A stretch of 64,000 nt of DNA from Haliotis cracherodii (lineage: Eukaryota). Location: the NCBI RefSeq assembly GCF_022045235.1, contig NW_027266282.1, positions 5,332,001 through 5,396,000 on the forward strand. The letters run 5' to 3'. A model generated the notes under the pieces. It was not told the origin of the DNA, did not search any database, and saw only the letters and a program-made list of their open reading frames with translations. Below are positions 14,201-26,624 of the stretch, in pieces (positions within the stretch are counted from its first letter, which is position 1; each line of letters begins with the position of its first letter). Both the position numbers and the translations under genes were made by a program.

Positions 14201-17200
14201 CCACTCTGAAGCAGATACAAGGATATTCTTTCATCTGGCACATGCTGTAGCAGAGGGGCATCAAACAACTTATGTCCGTACTGTTGATAGTGATGTGGTA
14301 GTTCTTGCCGTACGCTTCTTCTCTACACTTGGTCTCTCAGAGCTGTGGGTGTGTTTTGGTAGCGGGAACAAAATTCGCGATATTCCCATCCATGATATCT
14401 GTTCTCATCTTGGGCCTTCAAGGTCTCTGGCATTGCCGCTTTTCCATTCCATCACAGGGTGCGACACGACATCACAGCTCCTTGGGTGTGGCAAGAAAAC
14501 TGCCTGGGCATCTTGGCAAAACACACCAGGACTCACTGAAACACTGGTGACACTAACCAATCAACCAGAACTGTTCAGTCTTGAGTCTCTTCACATGCAG
14601 AGGCTGGAACGATTTGTGGTTATCATGTATAGTAAGGGGTGTGGTTTGGCTAAAGTCAATGAAGCCAGACATCATCTTTTTACAACTGGTAAAAGAACGC
14701 TTGAGAATATACCACCCACTCAGGCAGCCTTGTTTGAACACATAAAAAGGGCACTTCTTCAGGCAAGCTTTTACTGGAATCAAGCAGCCTCAGTTCACCA
14801 GGAAATCCCGGACTTTGGTGAATGGGGGTGGCAAAAGGAAGACGGTGGTATCTGGTCACCATACTGGACACCTCTCGAGGATGCCAGTAAAGCATGTTCC
14901 TTCCTTTTGCATTGCGGTTGTGAAAGGTCTTGCACTGGAAACTGTAAATGCAGTAGAGCTGGAGTCCGCTGCACGGGGTTATGCAAATGTGAAGGTGGAT
15001 GTGTGAACAATCACGATACCTCGATCAATTAGATTAAACCTTGCCACAGTGATGTTTAACTTACACTAGAAATATTTAGGCTTGCTAGTATTTTTAAATT
15101 TCTCATGTTGTTCTCAGTTGTGAACTTTTTCTGTGAGGTAAAATGACCATAAAAAATATATTTCGTTTGAATAAAATATGTTTTCAACCACTAAATTGGC
15201 CAAAACGCACTTCTACATCAAAACAAAGATCACATTTGAAAGCCTTGAGGTCTAAAACCTGTGAACAAGCCTTAATACATGATCCTATGACTCTTGGTTT
15301 TGAAGTTAGGACAAAATCAAATAGGGACTGGCGGCCATCTTGGATTTTGCCAACATGGCCGCCCCAGTGAGCGTCGGCTTTGGCGCCCTCCAAAAATGGA
15401 TTTAGTATGTTCTGGTCTACATCTATGCCATATTTGGTGCTTGTAGACACATCTGCACAATATTCCCCTAAGGTCCTGGACTAATAGGTCTTCAGCAACC
15501 CATGCTTGCCGTAAAAGGTGACTATGCTTGTCGTAAAAGGCGACTAACGGGATCAGGTGGTCAGGCTCGCTGACTTGGTTGATGCATGTCATCGATCCAA
15601 ATTGCGTGGATCGATGCTCATGATATTAATCACTGGATTGTCTGGTCCAGACTCGATTATTTACAGACCGCTGTCATATAGCTGAAATATTGCTGAGTGC
15701 GGCGTTAAACAACAAACCAACCAACCAACCAACCAACCAACTGCTGAGAGTTGGACCCCAAATTTAATATTTAACCCCAAACATTCCTGGTAGTGTCATG
15801 GTATAAGAAGATAAATGTCAAGTTTCACAATTGTGTTTTGCAGATCATGTTCCACTACAGTCACAGTGTGAGGCATTATTTAAAAATCAGAAGTCAAACT
15901 TTACAGCTCTAACACTACTTTGTTTGGAGAAAGGAAAACTGATGTTGTCAGACTTGGATGGTCCAGCTGAAGACTGTTCTCTACAGATGCACATGAAGTG
16001 GGCATGTCAGTTGACCAGGACAGATGAAATGAGTGGGGATCAGTTCAGACAGTGCTTGCATAGCCTGAGTGGATCATTACTCAGATCACAGGGTTCAGCA
16101 GTACAGCTCAGGCATGAAGAAACACAATCTCATATAGAAGAAATCCTCATGACTACTGCTGTTGAATACATCCATGATGTAGACCCCCTGTTTATCTACA
16201 GACATGTGAAGGTGCAGGGTAGCAGGGATTCTTTGAGCAATGGTAAAGGACTCACCCTTTACCTAGATAAGAACAGACAGAAGGATTTGGGGCTACGCTT
16301 TGTAGGGGAGATAGAAAAACACAACTTTGCTTTTACTTTGACTCATCAAGCCTGTGGAAAGCATACTTTTGCTTCAACGTTGATTAGAATGTGTACTGCC
16401 ACAGGAAATGTGAAAGAACTTTTTAAGATATGTGATAAAATTCATGGTGGTAACTTCCTAAGCTGGATGTGTTTTGGAAAAAATGCTGAATTATACAAAG
16501 TGCTGTCGAGCTACATACCAGAGGAGGAGAGGAAAGATTGTGTCATACCTTGTTGTGTGAGTGGCAATTCAGAAATACTGCAACTGCTCCTAGAAGACAT
16601 GGAACTGGATGGACTGCTGTCATCGACACCCAGGTTACAAGTAGTCCATGGTATTGACAGTTGTCAGGGGCAACCAGAGTCTCTCCCATCTCACCATCTT
16701 CCGCCACTGCATCTCGCCTCCTACTACGGACACACAGATATTGTTCAGCTGCTCCTCCAGCATGGATGTGATGTGAATCTCCAGCTGCAACCTCAGGGTG
16801 ATGAGGCAGGACAAGTTGCTGCGCGATCCACACCAGCTGCCGTAGCAGCACAGAGAGGACATACAGGAGTACTGAAGTGTCTGATGGAAAGCAATGCTGA
16901 TCTCAATCTTGTCGACTGCAAATTAAAGACTCCGCTACACTTAGCTTGTGAAGCAGGCCATGGAGGCATTGTTTTGATACTAGCAAATGTGTGCAAAATC
17001 TCTTCCAGGAATAAAGATGGAAACACACCTGTCCACCTAGCCTGCCAAGAGGGAAGGGCAGATGTTGTGGATATTCTACTTAATAGAAATGCAGATCTCA
17101 CAATGCTAAATTTTGACAACTGTTCGCCAATAGATGTTGTATGTAGCAATGGTTATTCCAGTGTTTTACAGTTGTTGCTTGATAGAATATCCTATCCATT

Positions 17201-18627
17201 GCCGTGTGATGGTTACAAAACTCCTTTACATACAGCATGCAAGAATGGATACCCAGAGATTGTGAACATACTGCTGCAGCATGATGCTGGTAGATCAGTT
17301 TGTGCTGACAGAAACACACATTTTGAAATGGCTGTGAGAAATAACTGTACAAACATTGTCAGTGCCTTGTTCGGGTCAGGAACAAACAATTATATCAATA
17401 CGCAATTATTTAATTCAGCCTGTATGGAGGGTCATACAGATATTGTCAAACTGCTGATAGAGAAAGGGGCTGATGTATCTGCTGCTGCTGCTGCTGCTGG
17501 TTACACACCTCTGTCATGTGCCTGTAGGGAGGGTCATACTGACATTGTCAAACTGCTGATAGAGAAAGGGGCTGATGTGTCTGCTGCTGGTGGTGGTGAC
17601 ACACCTCTGTCATGGGCCTGTAAGAATAGTCATACTGATATTGTCAAACTGCTGATAGAGAAAGGGGCTGATGTATCTGCTGCTGCTGCTGCTGCTGGTT
17701 ACACACCTCTGTCATGTGCCTGTAGGGAGGGTCATACTGACATTGTCAAACTGCTGATAGAGAAAGGGGCTGATGTGTCTGCTGCTGGTGGTGGTGGTGA
17801 CACACCTCTGTCATGTGCCTGTAGGGAGGGTCATACTGACATTATCAAACTGCTGATAGAGAAAGGAGCTGATGTGTCTGCTGCTGGTGGTGGTGGTGAC
17901 ACACCTCTGTCATGGGCCTGTAGCTGGGGTAATACTGACATTGTCAAACTGCTGATAGAGAAAGGAGCTGATGTATCTGCTGCCTTTAATTATGATGATG
18001 ATGATGATGATGATGATGATGGTTACACACCTCTGTCATGGGCCTGTAAAAATGGTCATACTGACGTTGTCAAACTGCTGATAGAGAAAGGGGCTGATGT
18101 GTCTGCTGGTGGTGGTTGTGACACACCTCTGTCATGTGCCTGTAGGGAGGGTCATACTGATATTGTCAAACTGCTGATAGAGAAAGGGGCTGATGTGTCT
18201 GCTGCTGGTGGTGGTGGTGGTGGTTACACACCTCTGTATTGGGCCAGTGGCTGGGGTAATACTGACATTGTCAAACTACTGATAGAGAAAGGAGCTGATG
18301 TATCTGCTGCCTTTAATTATGATGATGATGGTGACACACCTCTGTCATTGGCCTGTAGCTTGGGTAATACTGACATTGTCAAACTGCTGATAGAGAAAGG
18401 AGCTGATGTGTCTGCTGCTGCTGCTGGTGGTTACACACCTCTGTCAGGGGCCTGTAGGGAGGGTCATACTGATATTGTCAAACTGCTGATAGAGAAAGGA
18501 GCTGATGTGTCTGCTGCTGGTGGTGGTGGTGACACACCTCTGTCATGGGCCTGTAGCTGGGGTAATACTGACATTGTCAAACTGCTGATAGAGAAAGGAG
18601 CTGATGTATCTGCTGCCTTTAATTATT

Positions 18628-18666
<39 letters not shown>

Positions 18667-21600
18667 GTTACACACCTCTGTCATGGGCCTGTAAAAATGG
18701 TCATACTGACGTTGTCAAACTGCTGATAGAGAAAGGGGCTGATGTGTCTGCTGGTGGTGGTTGTGACACACCTCTGTCATGTGCCTGTAGGGAGGGTCAT
18801 ACTGATATTGTCAAACTGCTGATAGAGAAAGGGGCTGATGTGTCTGCTGCTGGTGGTGGTGGTGGTTACACACCTCTGTATTGGGCCAGTGGCTGGGGTA
18901 ATACTGACATTGTCAAACTACTGATAGAGAAAGGAGCTGATGTATCTGCTGCCTTTAATTATGATGATGATGGTGACACACCTCTGTCATTGGCCTGTAG
19001 CTTGGGTAATACTGACATTGTCAAACTGCTGATAGAGAAAGGAGCTGATGTGTCTGCTGCTGCTGCTGGTGGTTACACACCTCTGTCATGGGCCTGTAGG
19101 GAGGGTAATACTGACATTGTCAAACTGCTGATAGAGAAAGGAGCTGATGTGTCTGCTGCTGCTGCTGGTGGTTACACACCTCTGCCATGGGCCTGTAGGG
19201 AGGGTCATACTGACATTGTCAAACTGCTGATAGAGAAAGGTTCTGATGTATCTGCTGCTGCTGCTGGTGGTTACACACCTCTGTCATGTGCCTGTAGGGA
19301 GGGTCATACTGATATTGTCAAACTGCTGATAGAGAAAGGAGCTGATGTGTCTGCTGCTGGTGGTGGTGGTGGTTACACACCTCTGTCATTGGCCTGTAGC
19401 TTGGGTAATACTGACATTGTCAAACTGCTGATAGAGAAAGGAGCTGATGTATCTGCTGCCTTTAATTATGATAATGATGATGATGATGATGATAATGATG
19501 ATGGTTACACACCTCTGTCATGGGCCTGTAAAAATGGTCATACTGACATTGTCAAACTGCTGATAGAGAAAGGGGCTGATGTGTCTGCTGCTGGTGGTGG
19601 TGGTGACACACCTCTGTCATGTGCCTGTAGGGAGGGTCATACTGACATTATCAAACTGCTGATAGAGAAAGGAGCTGATGTGTCTGCTGCTGGTGGTGGT
19701 GGTGACACACCTCTGTCATGGGCCTGTAGGGAGGGTCATACTGATATTGTCAAACTGCTGATAGAGAAAGGTTCTGATGTGTCTGCTGCTGCTGCTGGTG
19801 GTTACACACCTCTGTCATGTGCCTGTAGGGAGGGTCATACTGATATTGTCAAACTGCTGATAGAGAAAGGAGCTGATGTATCTGCTGCTGCTGATGGTTA
19901 CGCACCTCTGTTATGGGCCTGTGAAAATGGACATATTGATTTTGTCAAACTTATTAAAGATAGGTTAAACATCTCTGTAGATTGTTTTCACTCTATTTTA
20001 GAGAAAGTGAGTACCGAAGGTAAGAGAGAAATTGCATCTGTGGTGCTAAAAGAAGTGTTGCCTAGACTCATAGCTCCTTTTTCAAACTATTGCCACACAT
20101 TAATTGAGTGGTGTTCCTCTTCTGAACATCTAGATATAGTGAAAGACATATGTGATAAATCTGATGTGGAAACTTTCCCAGGCATGCTAATGTCGTCTCT
20201 ACTGGAGAAAGCTGTTGCCAATGGCGATGCATATGGTGTTGAGTTGCTCAAAGAATGCATGACAGGAGTGGTCTCAAATGATCGCCTGTTGAGTCTGATG
20301 TCGAAAGCTATAGAAAATCGTCACATTGCAGTGTTTCAGATATTGCATGGCATCCCACATGTTCATGATTCCTGTGATAACTTAGTAAAAAAAGCATGTC
20401 ATTATGGATTGGTACAAGTCTGTAATGTCCTGCTAAGATGTGGCTGTACTCACTCTGGAACATGTCTGACTGAAGCACTCAAAGTGAAAAATGTTGTTCT
20501 TGTAGAGTTGCTTCTTAGCCACGGTGTAGATGTGAATGCACGTGATGATGATGGCAACACATCACTGCACTTGGCATGTGAAGTAGGGGAGTGGAGCTTA
20601 GTTGAGACATTTATTGCCAAAGGTATTGATGTATCACAAACCAACAAACAATTGGAAACACCTTTGTTTATTGCATGTCGTTATGGATATGTCAACATTG
20701 CCAAACTGCTGTTAAGCCATGGTGCGGATATAACAAAACAAGATATCAATGGAAACACAGTTCTACACTCTTTGTCTATGCCTTGTCATGAGGTATTACT
20801 TCAGCTGTCTCTACATTATATTTGGATGAAAACAGACAACGGATATCATGATCAAGAACAAGAACACTTTCTTAATTGTAAGTGTGTTCGTGATTTTCTT
20901 CATTATCGAAATAATAATGGAGAAACACCTCTTCATGTTGCATGTAGAGAAAAACGTACAGGAGTTTTGAAATCACTACTTCAGTACAAGGCTTCAGTAT
21001 TTGTGACTGATAATGATGGACACACACCTGTCTATCATGCAATGAAAGTGAAAACATTTTTCCGAGTTCTTTGTACAGTGACACATGACATAAATGGGAT
21101 GGATTCAGATGGAAATACTATTCTGCATATGGCATGTATGAAGGGTGATGTGGAAAGTGTAGATATACTTTGTGGAAGAGGAGCAAGTGTGCTGGCTTGC
21201 AACAAGAATCAGGAGTGTGCACTTCATAAATCAGCAGAGAATGGAAATGAAGACATCATGAACATTCTTTTGGCACAGGAAGCTGATGTAAATATGACTG
21301 ACATAGACAAGCAGACACCGCTCCATATTGCATGTGCTGAGGGTCATTTGAAAATAGTTGAACTCTTGGTTAAAAGTAAAGTGGATGTAAATGTGCCTGA
21401 TAAACATTTACTAGTTCCCCTGCATCTTGCATGTAGAGATGGACAAAGAAACATTGCTGACGCTTTGATAAAGTCATCAGCGGACATTGCACCACGTTCT
21501 GAGAAGTGTGACACACCACTTTCATATGCATGTGAAGGAGGGCATATTGGCTGTGTCGCACTCCTGTTGGAGATTGGAGCTTGTGCCAATGTAGCAGGAT

Positions 21601-24600
21601 ACCGAGGCAATACTCCATTACATAAAGCATGTGTTGGGGGTCACAAAAATGTTGTGAGATTATTGCTTTCTTGTGGAGCTGATCCAATGAAAGTAAATAA
21701 CAATGGGAAGCTTCCATTACACCATGCCGTTCTATGGGGCAACCTTGCTATTGTCAACGAGTTACTACACAAAACCAAACAATTTCTTGATAAAACCGAT
21801 AACATTGTGTCATTGCTTGAACGGGCATGTTCAAGGGGTCATGCAGACATAGTGAAGAGGTTGATAGATTTTATCCCAGACAATTCTATGTCATCTCCTT
21901 CCATGACTTCTCTTGTCACAACTGTCATCAGTGTAAAGCACTCTGAACTTCTACCTGTACTTGCAGATAATGGGTTGAATATCAAATTGAAAGATGAATT
22001 TGGAAGGAATGCATTGCACATATTATGTGAAATGGAAGATTGTGAAATGGACACATTAGAGACAGTTTTAGATTTAGGATTTGATTTATCAGAGACAACA
22101 GAACAAGGAGGAACAATGCTTCATGTTTTAAGCAAAATAGGGAATATTGAACTCGTTAATTACTTGATTGGTAAAGGAATACATGTCCAGGCTAAGGACA
22201 CAGCGGGAGATACAGCTCTCCATGCAGCATGTGCACATGGACACTTTCAAATAGCCCAGGTGCTGATCAAGAAGGGACTTAGTATCAATGAAAAGAACAT
22301 GAGAGCAATGAGTCCACTTGATCTTGCTATAGTTAATAAGCACTATGGAGTGACATGCTTGTATGACCTCTGGTGTGCAATGACGAAAAGTCGTCCAAGA
22401 ATAAGCATGACATCTCTTCATCATATTTGCCGGGACAACAAAATACAGTTACTTTCAAATTCTGAGGTTATATTTGCTGAAAAAGACCGTGATGGAAATT
22501 CTGCTCTTCATATTGCCTGCATTGAAGGATCAGAAGAGATAGTTCAGCTACTGATAATAGCTGGAGCCTGGTTGCTTGTGGTGGATACTCGGGGAGATGC
22601 ACCAGTGCATGTGGCTTGCCGTGGGTCATCGCCTTGTCTTAAAGCTATGATGGATGCAATTCTGAACAAAGACGATTTAGCCCAGGTTTTATCGCTGCGT
22701 GACAAAAATGGAAATGTTCCACTTCACATTGTAACATTCGAACAGAATCTACAAAAAGTGTGTATTCTTTTGGATAAAGATGTTGATGTTGAAATAGTCA
22801 ACAGCTTTGATCAAACTGCTCTGCACATTGCATGCTATAGTGGAAATGCCGACATAGTTGCACAACTCTTAGGAGCTGGAGCTAGTATTTTAGCTGTTGA
22901 TAAAGGTGGTAATACCCCTCTTCATATTGTATGCAAGGAGGGCAACCTACCATTGTTAATGCTCATAAACAACTCAGATGCAGCGATCACTGCAAAGAAT
23001 TATGAAGGAAGAACGCCTCTCCATGAAGCAGTCAACCATGAACACTATGACATGACCTATTACATGATGACAGCATACTGTCACTTTCCTACCATGGACC
23101 TGTCTGTGCTGCGTCTTCAGCAGTTTATCAAACAGGTTGGCAGTGAAGACTTTATAAGACTGATCATGGCTGAAAAGATTGATGTTGATCAATATGGTAA
23201 TACTCCCCTACACTACGCAGCTGAAACCGGGAGCTTAGATTTTGTAAATACCTTGATCAGAAGAGGGTACAACTGTGATTCCAGAAATAGGCAAGAAAGG
23301 ACACCATTGTTTAATGCATGTTCAAGTGGTAGTACAAACATTGCAAGACTGATTTTGCAAAGAGGATCACCTTCAAGTGTGCGTGATTCTAACAATATGA
23401 CACCTTTGCATACAACCAGTGAGAGGGGACACGTGGATGTCGTGAAACTCCTGCTAGAATATGACCATAATCTCCTGGCTGAAACCAACGAGGGACAAAC
23501 AGCACTTCATTTGTCATGCCTGGCAGGACAAAAAGATGTCACTGAAGTTTTGTTGAAGGCTGGCTCAGATATGAATGCATTAGATAATGGTTTAGAAACA
23601 CCTTTGCATTTGGCGGCTAGATCAGGTGCAGGTGATGTCATGGTTCTCCAGGCCAAGTGGGGAGCAAGGGACACACAGTGCAATGTTCATGGTAATACTG
23701 CTCTTCATATAGCATGTGGTGAGGGACATGCTGATGCCGTCAAGGCACTTCTCAACATGGGGAGTGATATCCTATCAACAAACAAACTGGAAAAGACCCC
23801 ACTTATGCTGGCCTGTGAACGACAACATGGGTCTATTTTGGAGTTATTGCTTCACAGATCATGGGTGCAAATACAATTTCAGTGTTTACAGGACAAGAAC
23901 CAGGGTGACTTGCGGAAGAAAACATATGTCAGCAATCTAAATCACTGTCTTCGTGTGGCTTGCAAGTACAACTACCTCAACACAGTGAAGGTATTACTCA
24001 AGTATGATGTTAATATTAATCATGGAACCAGCGAGTCTGATACAAGCAACATAACTAGAGACATGCCAGAGGGCAGTTGCACAAGTCATACTGACAGAGA
24101 CAAGACAGAGGGCAGTTGCACAAGTCATACTGACAGAGACAAGACAGAGGGCAGTTGCACAAGTCATACTGACAGAGGCCAGATGGAGACAGAGAGTAGG
24201 GGTCAGCTACAGACTCCTTTACACATCTCCTGCTATGAAGGACATGCCGAGTGTGTTGCTCTTCTGATACAAGCCGGGGCTCTGCTGGAAGCTAGAACTG
24301 GCAGTGGAGACACCCCCCTGCATGTGGCATGTGAACAAGGAAAAGAAGGTCCTGTGGAGTTGTTGATAGCGAATGGGGCCTCGCCATCACCTGTGAATGC
24401 CAATAACAGTACACCGCTACACTATGCATGTCAAGGAGGTCATGACGGTATAGTGTGGAGACTGTTGGAGGCAGGAGCAGATCCTGACATCAGATATGTC
24501 CATGGGAAATCACCGCTGGAGGTGTGTAGCAGCCAAGGGGTGAAAGACGTCATCCTTAAAAGGTAAGTAGACAGGAGTGTGTCCGAGTGATCCAACAACT

Positions 24601-26204
24601 CTTTGTATAACAGATACATAACCTTGAATCTTGAATACGCAAATCTTGAATTCTTCACAATATGATATGTCCCACAAAGAAATAGCGCAGGGATATTAGT
24701 TTGACAATTATTTGTGGAAACTGCTATAGGATGCATAAACTATTAAGGGAAACACGGCATCACAAATTAATATTTTAAATATGTTTAGGATGCATTTGTT
24801 TGGACACAGTCAATCTCATTAAGATCAGACCTTAATTCTCGCTGACGCTGAACAAAGATCTGAAGACATCCCATAAGGGGTTGTGTCAGAACGACCTTTC
24901 ATCCGACAAATCAGAGCGTCGCTTACCAGATTATGAAAGTGTCAGTCGGAATGTGATTTCTACCTCAAAATGCATAACAAGTGGTATTCTGAACAATACT
25001 TACGGGTTTAACGACTGAATCCATACAATCTAGATCATCTATTAGCCATTCCAGAATGTTCTTTTGTTCAGGTTTCAAATTTGTAATTGAGAATTTGTCA
25101 AAATATGTTTCGAAACTTAGTCGCCAATTTGAAATTGGTGCCGTAAAGAACAAGAAAGCTCCCTGCTGATTGGTCCATCCATTGGTCGGTTAAAGTTCGC
25201 CCAATGTCGGTCTGACGTGACCCGTGATGGGATGTCCTCAGATCTTTGTTTAGCGGTAGCGAGAACAAAGATCTGATTTTAATGAGATTGGGACATAGTA
25301 GACTGTACCCTCAAATATGACACATTTTCTCGGAAACAGCTAAGGACAAAAGGAAGACATTTTTTCTACATTATCATGTGATACTTTCAGCGAGTTTGCA
25401 AACCAATATGGAAAAAAAATATTTTACAGAGTTATGGGACTTTGATCTTTTGACATGGTGCACATTATCACCATGGGGACATGGAAAAAACTTTCGTACC
25501 AGGGTCCTACTCAGTACCCACCCGACCCGGGTACCCACAGGACTACCAGAACCCTTGGTTAGTCACGTGATATATTGTTTAATGACAAAAATTATCTTGA
25601 ACTCTATGGTTACACTAAAGTCAATAATGTTCGCATTTCTATCTGGCAATGCACCCATTCCTTCTGATTTTTCATATGGTTGAATAAAGATATAACATAA
25701 TTCAACTTTAGTGTATGAGTGACCAGATTGTTTCATACAAGTAGTTTTGCCAGGGCTGTGCTAAAAATGTTCCCAACCAGACATTTTGAGACATCTCCTG
25801 TGACCTACAGTGGGTACCCGGGTAGTAAATGAAAGACTTAAAGAATCAAATACCTTACTGCCCCGTGGGGATGCTGGGACAGAGGCGACATAATGGATCG
25901 GGTGGTCAGACTCGGTGACTTGGTTGATGGCGTGTCATCGCAATGGTGTGGATTGTAGCTCATAATATCAATCCCTGGATCGTCTTGTCAAGATACTGTG
26001 ATCGCCTTGGAGGTTGCCACTGTATAACTGATATACTGCTCAGCATTGCATTAAACAAGAAGCAATGAAACAAACTATACATTGCCATCAATCGTTGTAA
26101 GTTCCACTTATTTGTTGTTATTTGTCCACAGGTGTGGAAGAAAAAGAAGACAGGAAAGCTCCCAGGAAGCTGAGGCAACCCCACACAAGTTACCAAGAAA
26201 ATAA
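3746..26204 (+). CDS. Predicted ~3,858-aa protein: CG-1-like DNA-binding domain + NLS + Ulp1/SENP-family (C48) protease + very long ankyrin-repeat region
   Basis: Manual splice model: join(3746..3899,4861..6527,6981..7112,7365..7516,7708..7825,9199..9760,15844..24562,26132..26204). All introns are GT..AG with matching phases (1,0,0,2,0,1,2). Total 11,577 nt is divisible by 3 and I found no internal stop. ATG 3746 follows an in-frame TGA at 3731. The joining of exon 6 to exon 7, and the use of exon 8, are inferred without transcript data. Confidence 0.7.
6460..9300 (+). CDS. Ulp1/SENP-like cysteine protease domain (exons 2-6)
   Basis: Motifs across exons: WLDDS|VIHAYL, MPICINSHWVLL (catalytic His), PQTDGSSCGVFVLM (oxyanion Gln and catalytic Cys), and the C-terminal helix AAEALA..YRQYVKQRL. 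Confidence 0.85.
8284..8405. repeat. ~29-30-bp tandem repeat x4 (intronic)
   Basis: aaaaatctgcatgtacaaaatttatatgac units. Confidence 0.85.
8434..8704 (-). mobile_element. Short retroposon family A, full length
   Basis: TSD TGTCAAA(C/T)GAG (8423-8433, 8705-8715); (AAAC)n tail. Confidence 0.9.
10605..15483 (+). mobile_element. AcademX-type DNA transposon, decayed
   Basis: Imperfect TIRs of about 390 bp (TAGTCCAGG.. at 10605; ..CCTGGACTA ending at 15483) and a 3-bp TSD ATA (10602-10604, 15484-15486). Internal frameshifted ORFs encode a DDE-type transposase, an XPG-like nuclease and a Cys-rich tail. TAG termini, short TSD and XPG domain are characteristic of AcademX. Confidence 0.85.
11428..15032 (+). 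pseudogene. Frameshifted Academ transposase / XPG-like nuclease / CXC polyprotein
   Basis: Fragments: MESFNWELCCLCQ (ATG 11428); NAKYHKTC (ORF 11411-11725); DNLD..ADQPIYAIAK..GALHIE..DQSHEQSNK (ORF 11854-13779); then a frameshift near 13745 to HSEADTR..VDSDV..GCDTTS and CGCERSCTGNCKCSRAGVRCTGLCKC (ORF 13737-15032). Confidence 0.85.
15844..24562 (+). CDS. 8.7-kb single exon encoding dozens of ankyrin repeats
   Basis: ORF 15831-24566 (2911 aa) with recurring TPLHxACxxGHxxIVxLLL motifs. Acceptor ttttgcag| ends at 15843. Strong donor AG|gtaagt at 24562/24563; read-through stops at 24566. Confidence 0.95.
17417..19950 (+). repeat. Coding tandem array of 24 near-identical ankyrin repeats (~96-140 bp) with (GCT)n/(GGT)n/(GAT)n loops
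   Basis: 24 units of ACxxGxTDIVKLLIEKGADVSA-loop-TPL counted in the translation. Units 5-10 are re-duplicated as units 11-16. Confidence 0.95.
24068..24178 (+). repeat. In-frame 39-bp tandem repeat x3 (EGSCTSHTDRDKT)
   Basis: Three copies of agagggcagttgcacaagtcatactgacagag inside an ankyrin loop. Confidence 0.9.
24811..25290. mobile_element. Non-autonomous TIR element, probably AcademH-derived, with RecQ-like helicase remnant
   Basis: TIRs of about 65 bp (CAATCTCATT..AATGAGATTG) and a 9-bp TSD GGACA(C/T)AGT. The - strand remnant [23 protein letters not shown] resembles an SF2/RecQ Q-motif region. A partial second copy lies at 55835-56160. Confidence 0.7.
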
Positions 26205-26624
26205 TCCGGATTCTATCCTGTTCATGAGAAGACAATGCATGTGCAGCTCTCTTTCTTTCTTGTCTGCTGACACCAACCCAGCAGAGAGTCTGATTGATCT
26301 AAACTGTGTTGTTCCTGGTACATGATCTGTTCAGGCAATAAGTGTACCATTTACATCAAATGTGACTGCTTATATGCAGACTGATACGTTGATATTTTCA
26401 ATGTATATATATGTATAGAGGAAACATGTAACTTTGAGTTTAGATGTACAAGTGTACAATACAGTTGGTTCCGTCTATGATACAGGTACAAAGCTTGTGT
26501 TCCGAATGTAGAGCATCATGTCATGTACCCAATATGTGTAGATATCTACTCAGTATAACTATGTATACCGCATTCACAGTATACAGCGCCCTGCTCCTAT
26601 AAACAACGCCTCCTGACCAACTTC

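Larger units (their letters stand above)
10577..15738 (+). mobile_element. Short retroposon family A (non-tRNA head) split by the Academ insertion (pieces 10577-10604 and 15484-15738)
   Basis: The rejoined halves match intact copies at 2911-3176 and 8434-8704. (CCAA)n tail; 12-bp TSD AACTGCTGAGAG at 10565-10576 and 15739-15750. Confidence 0.9.

Noticed and set aside
11854-15032. Programmed frameshift giving an active transposase
   Set aside because: Further frameshifts and an apparent deletion upstream (11428-11900) plus diverged TIRs indicate decay.
3746-26204. Calling the gene CAMTA, a SENP orthologue or ANK1/2/3
   Set aside because: No TIG/IQ, ZU5 or death domains seen; similarity is at domain level only, so no symbol is assigned.
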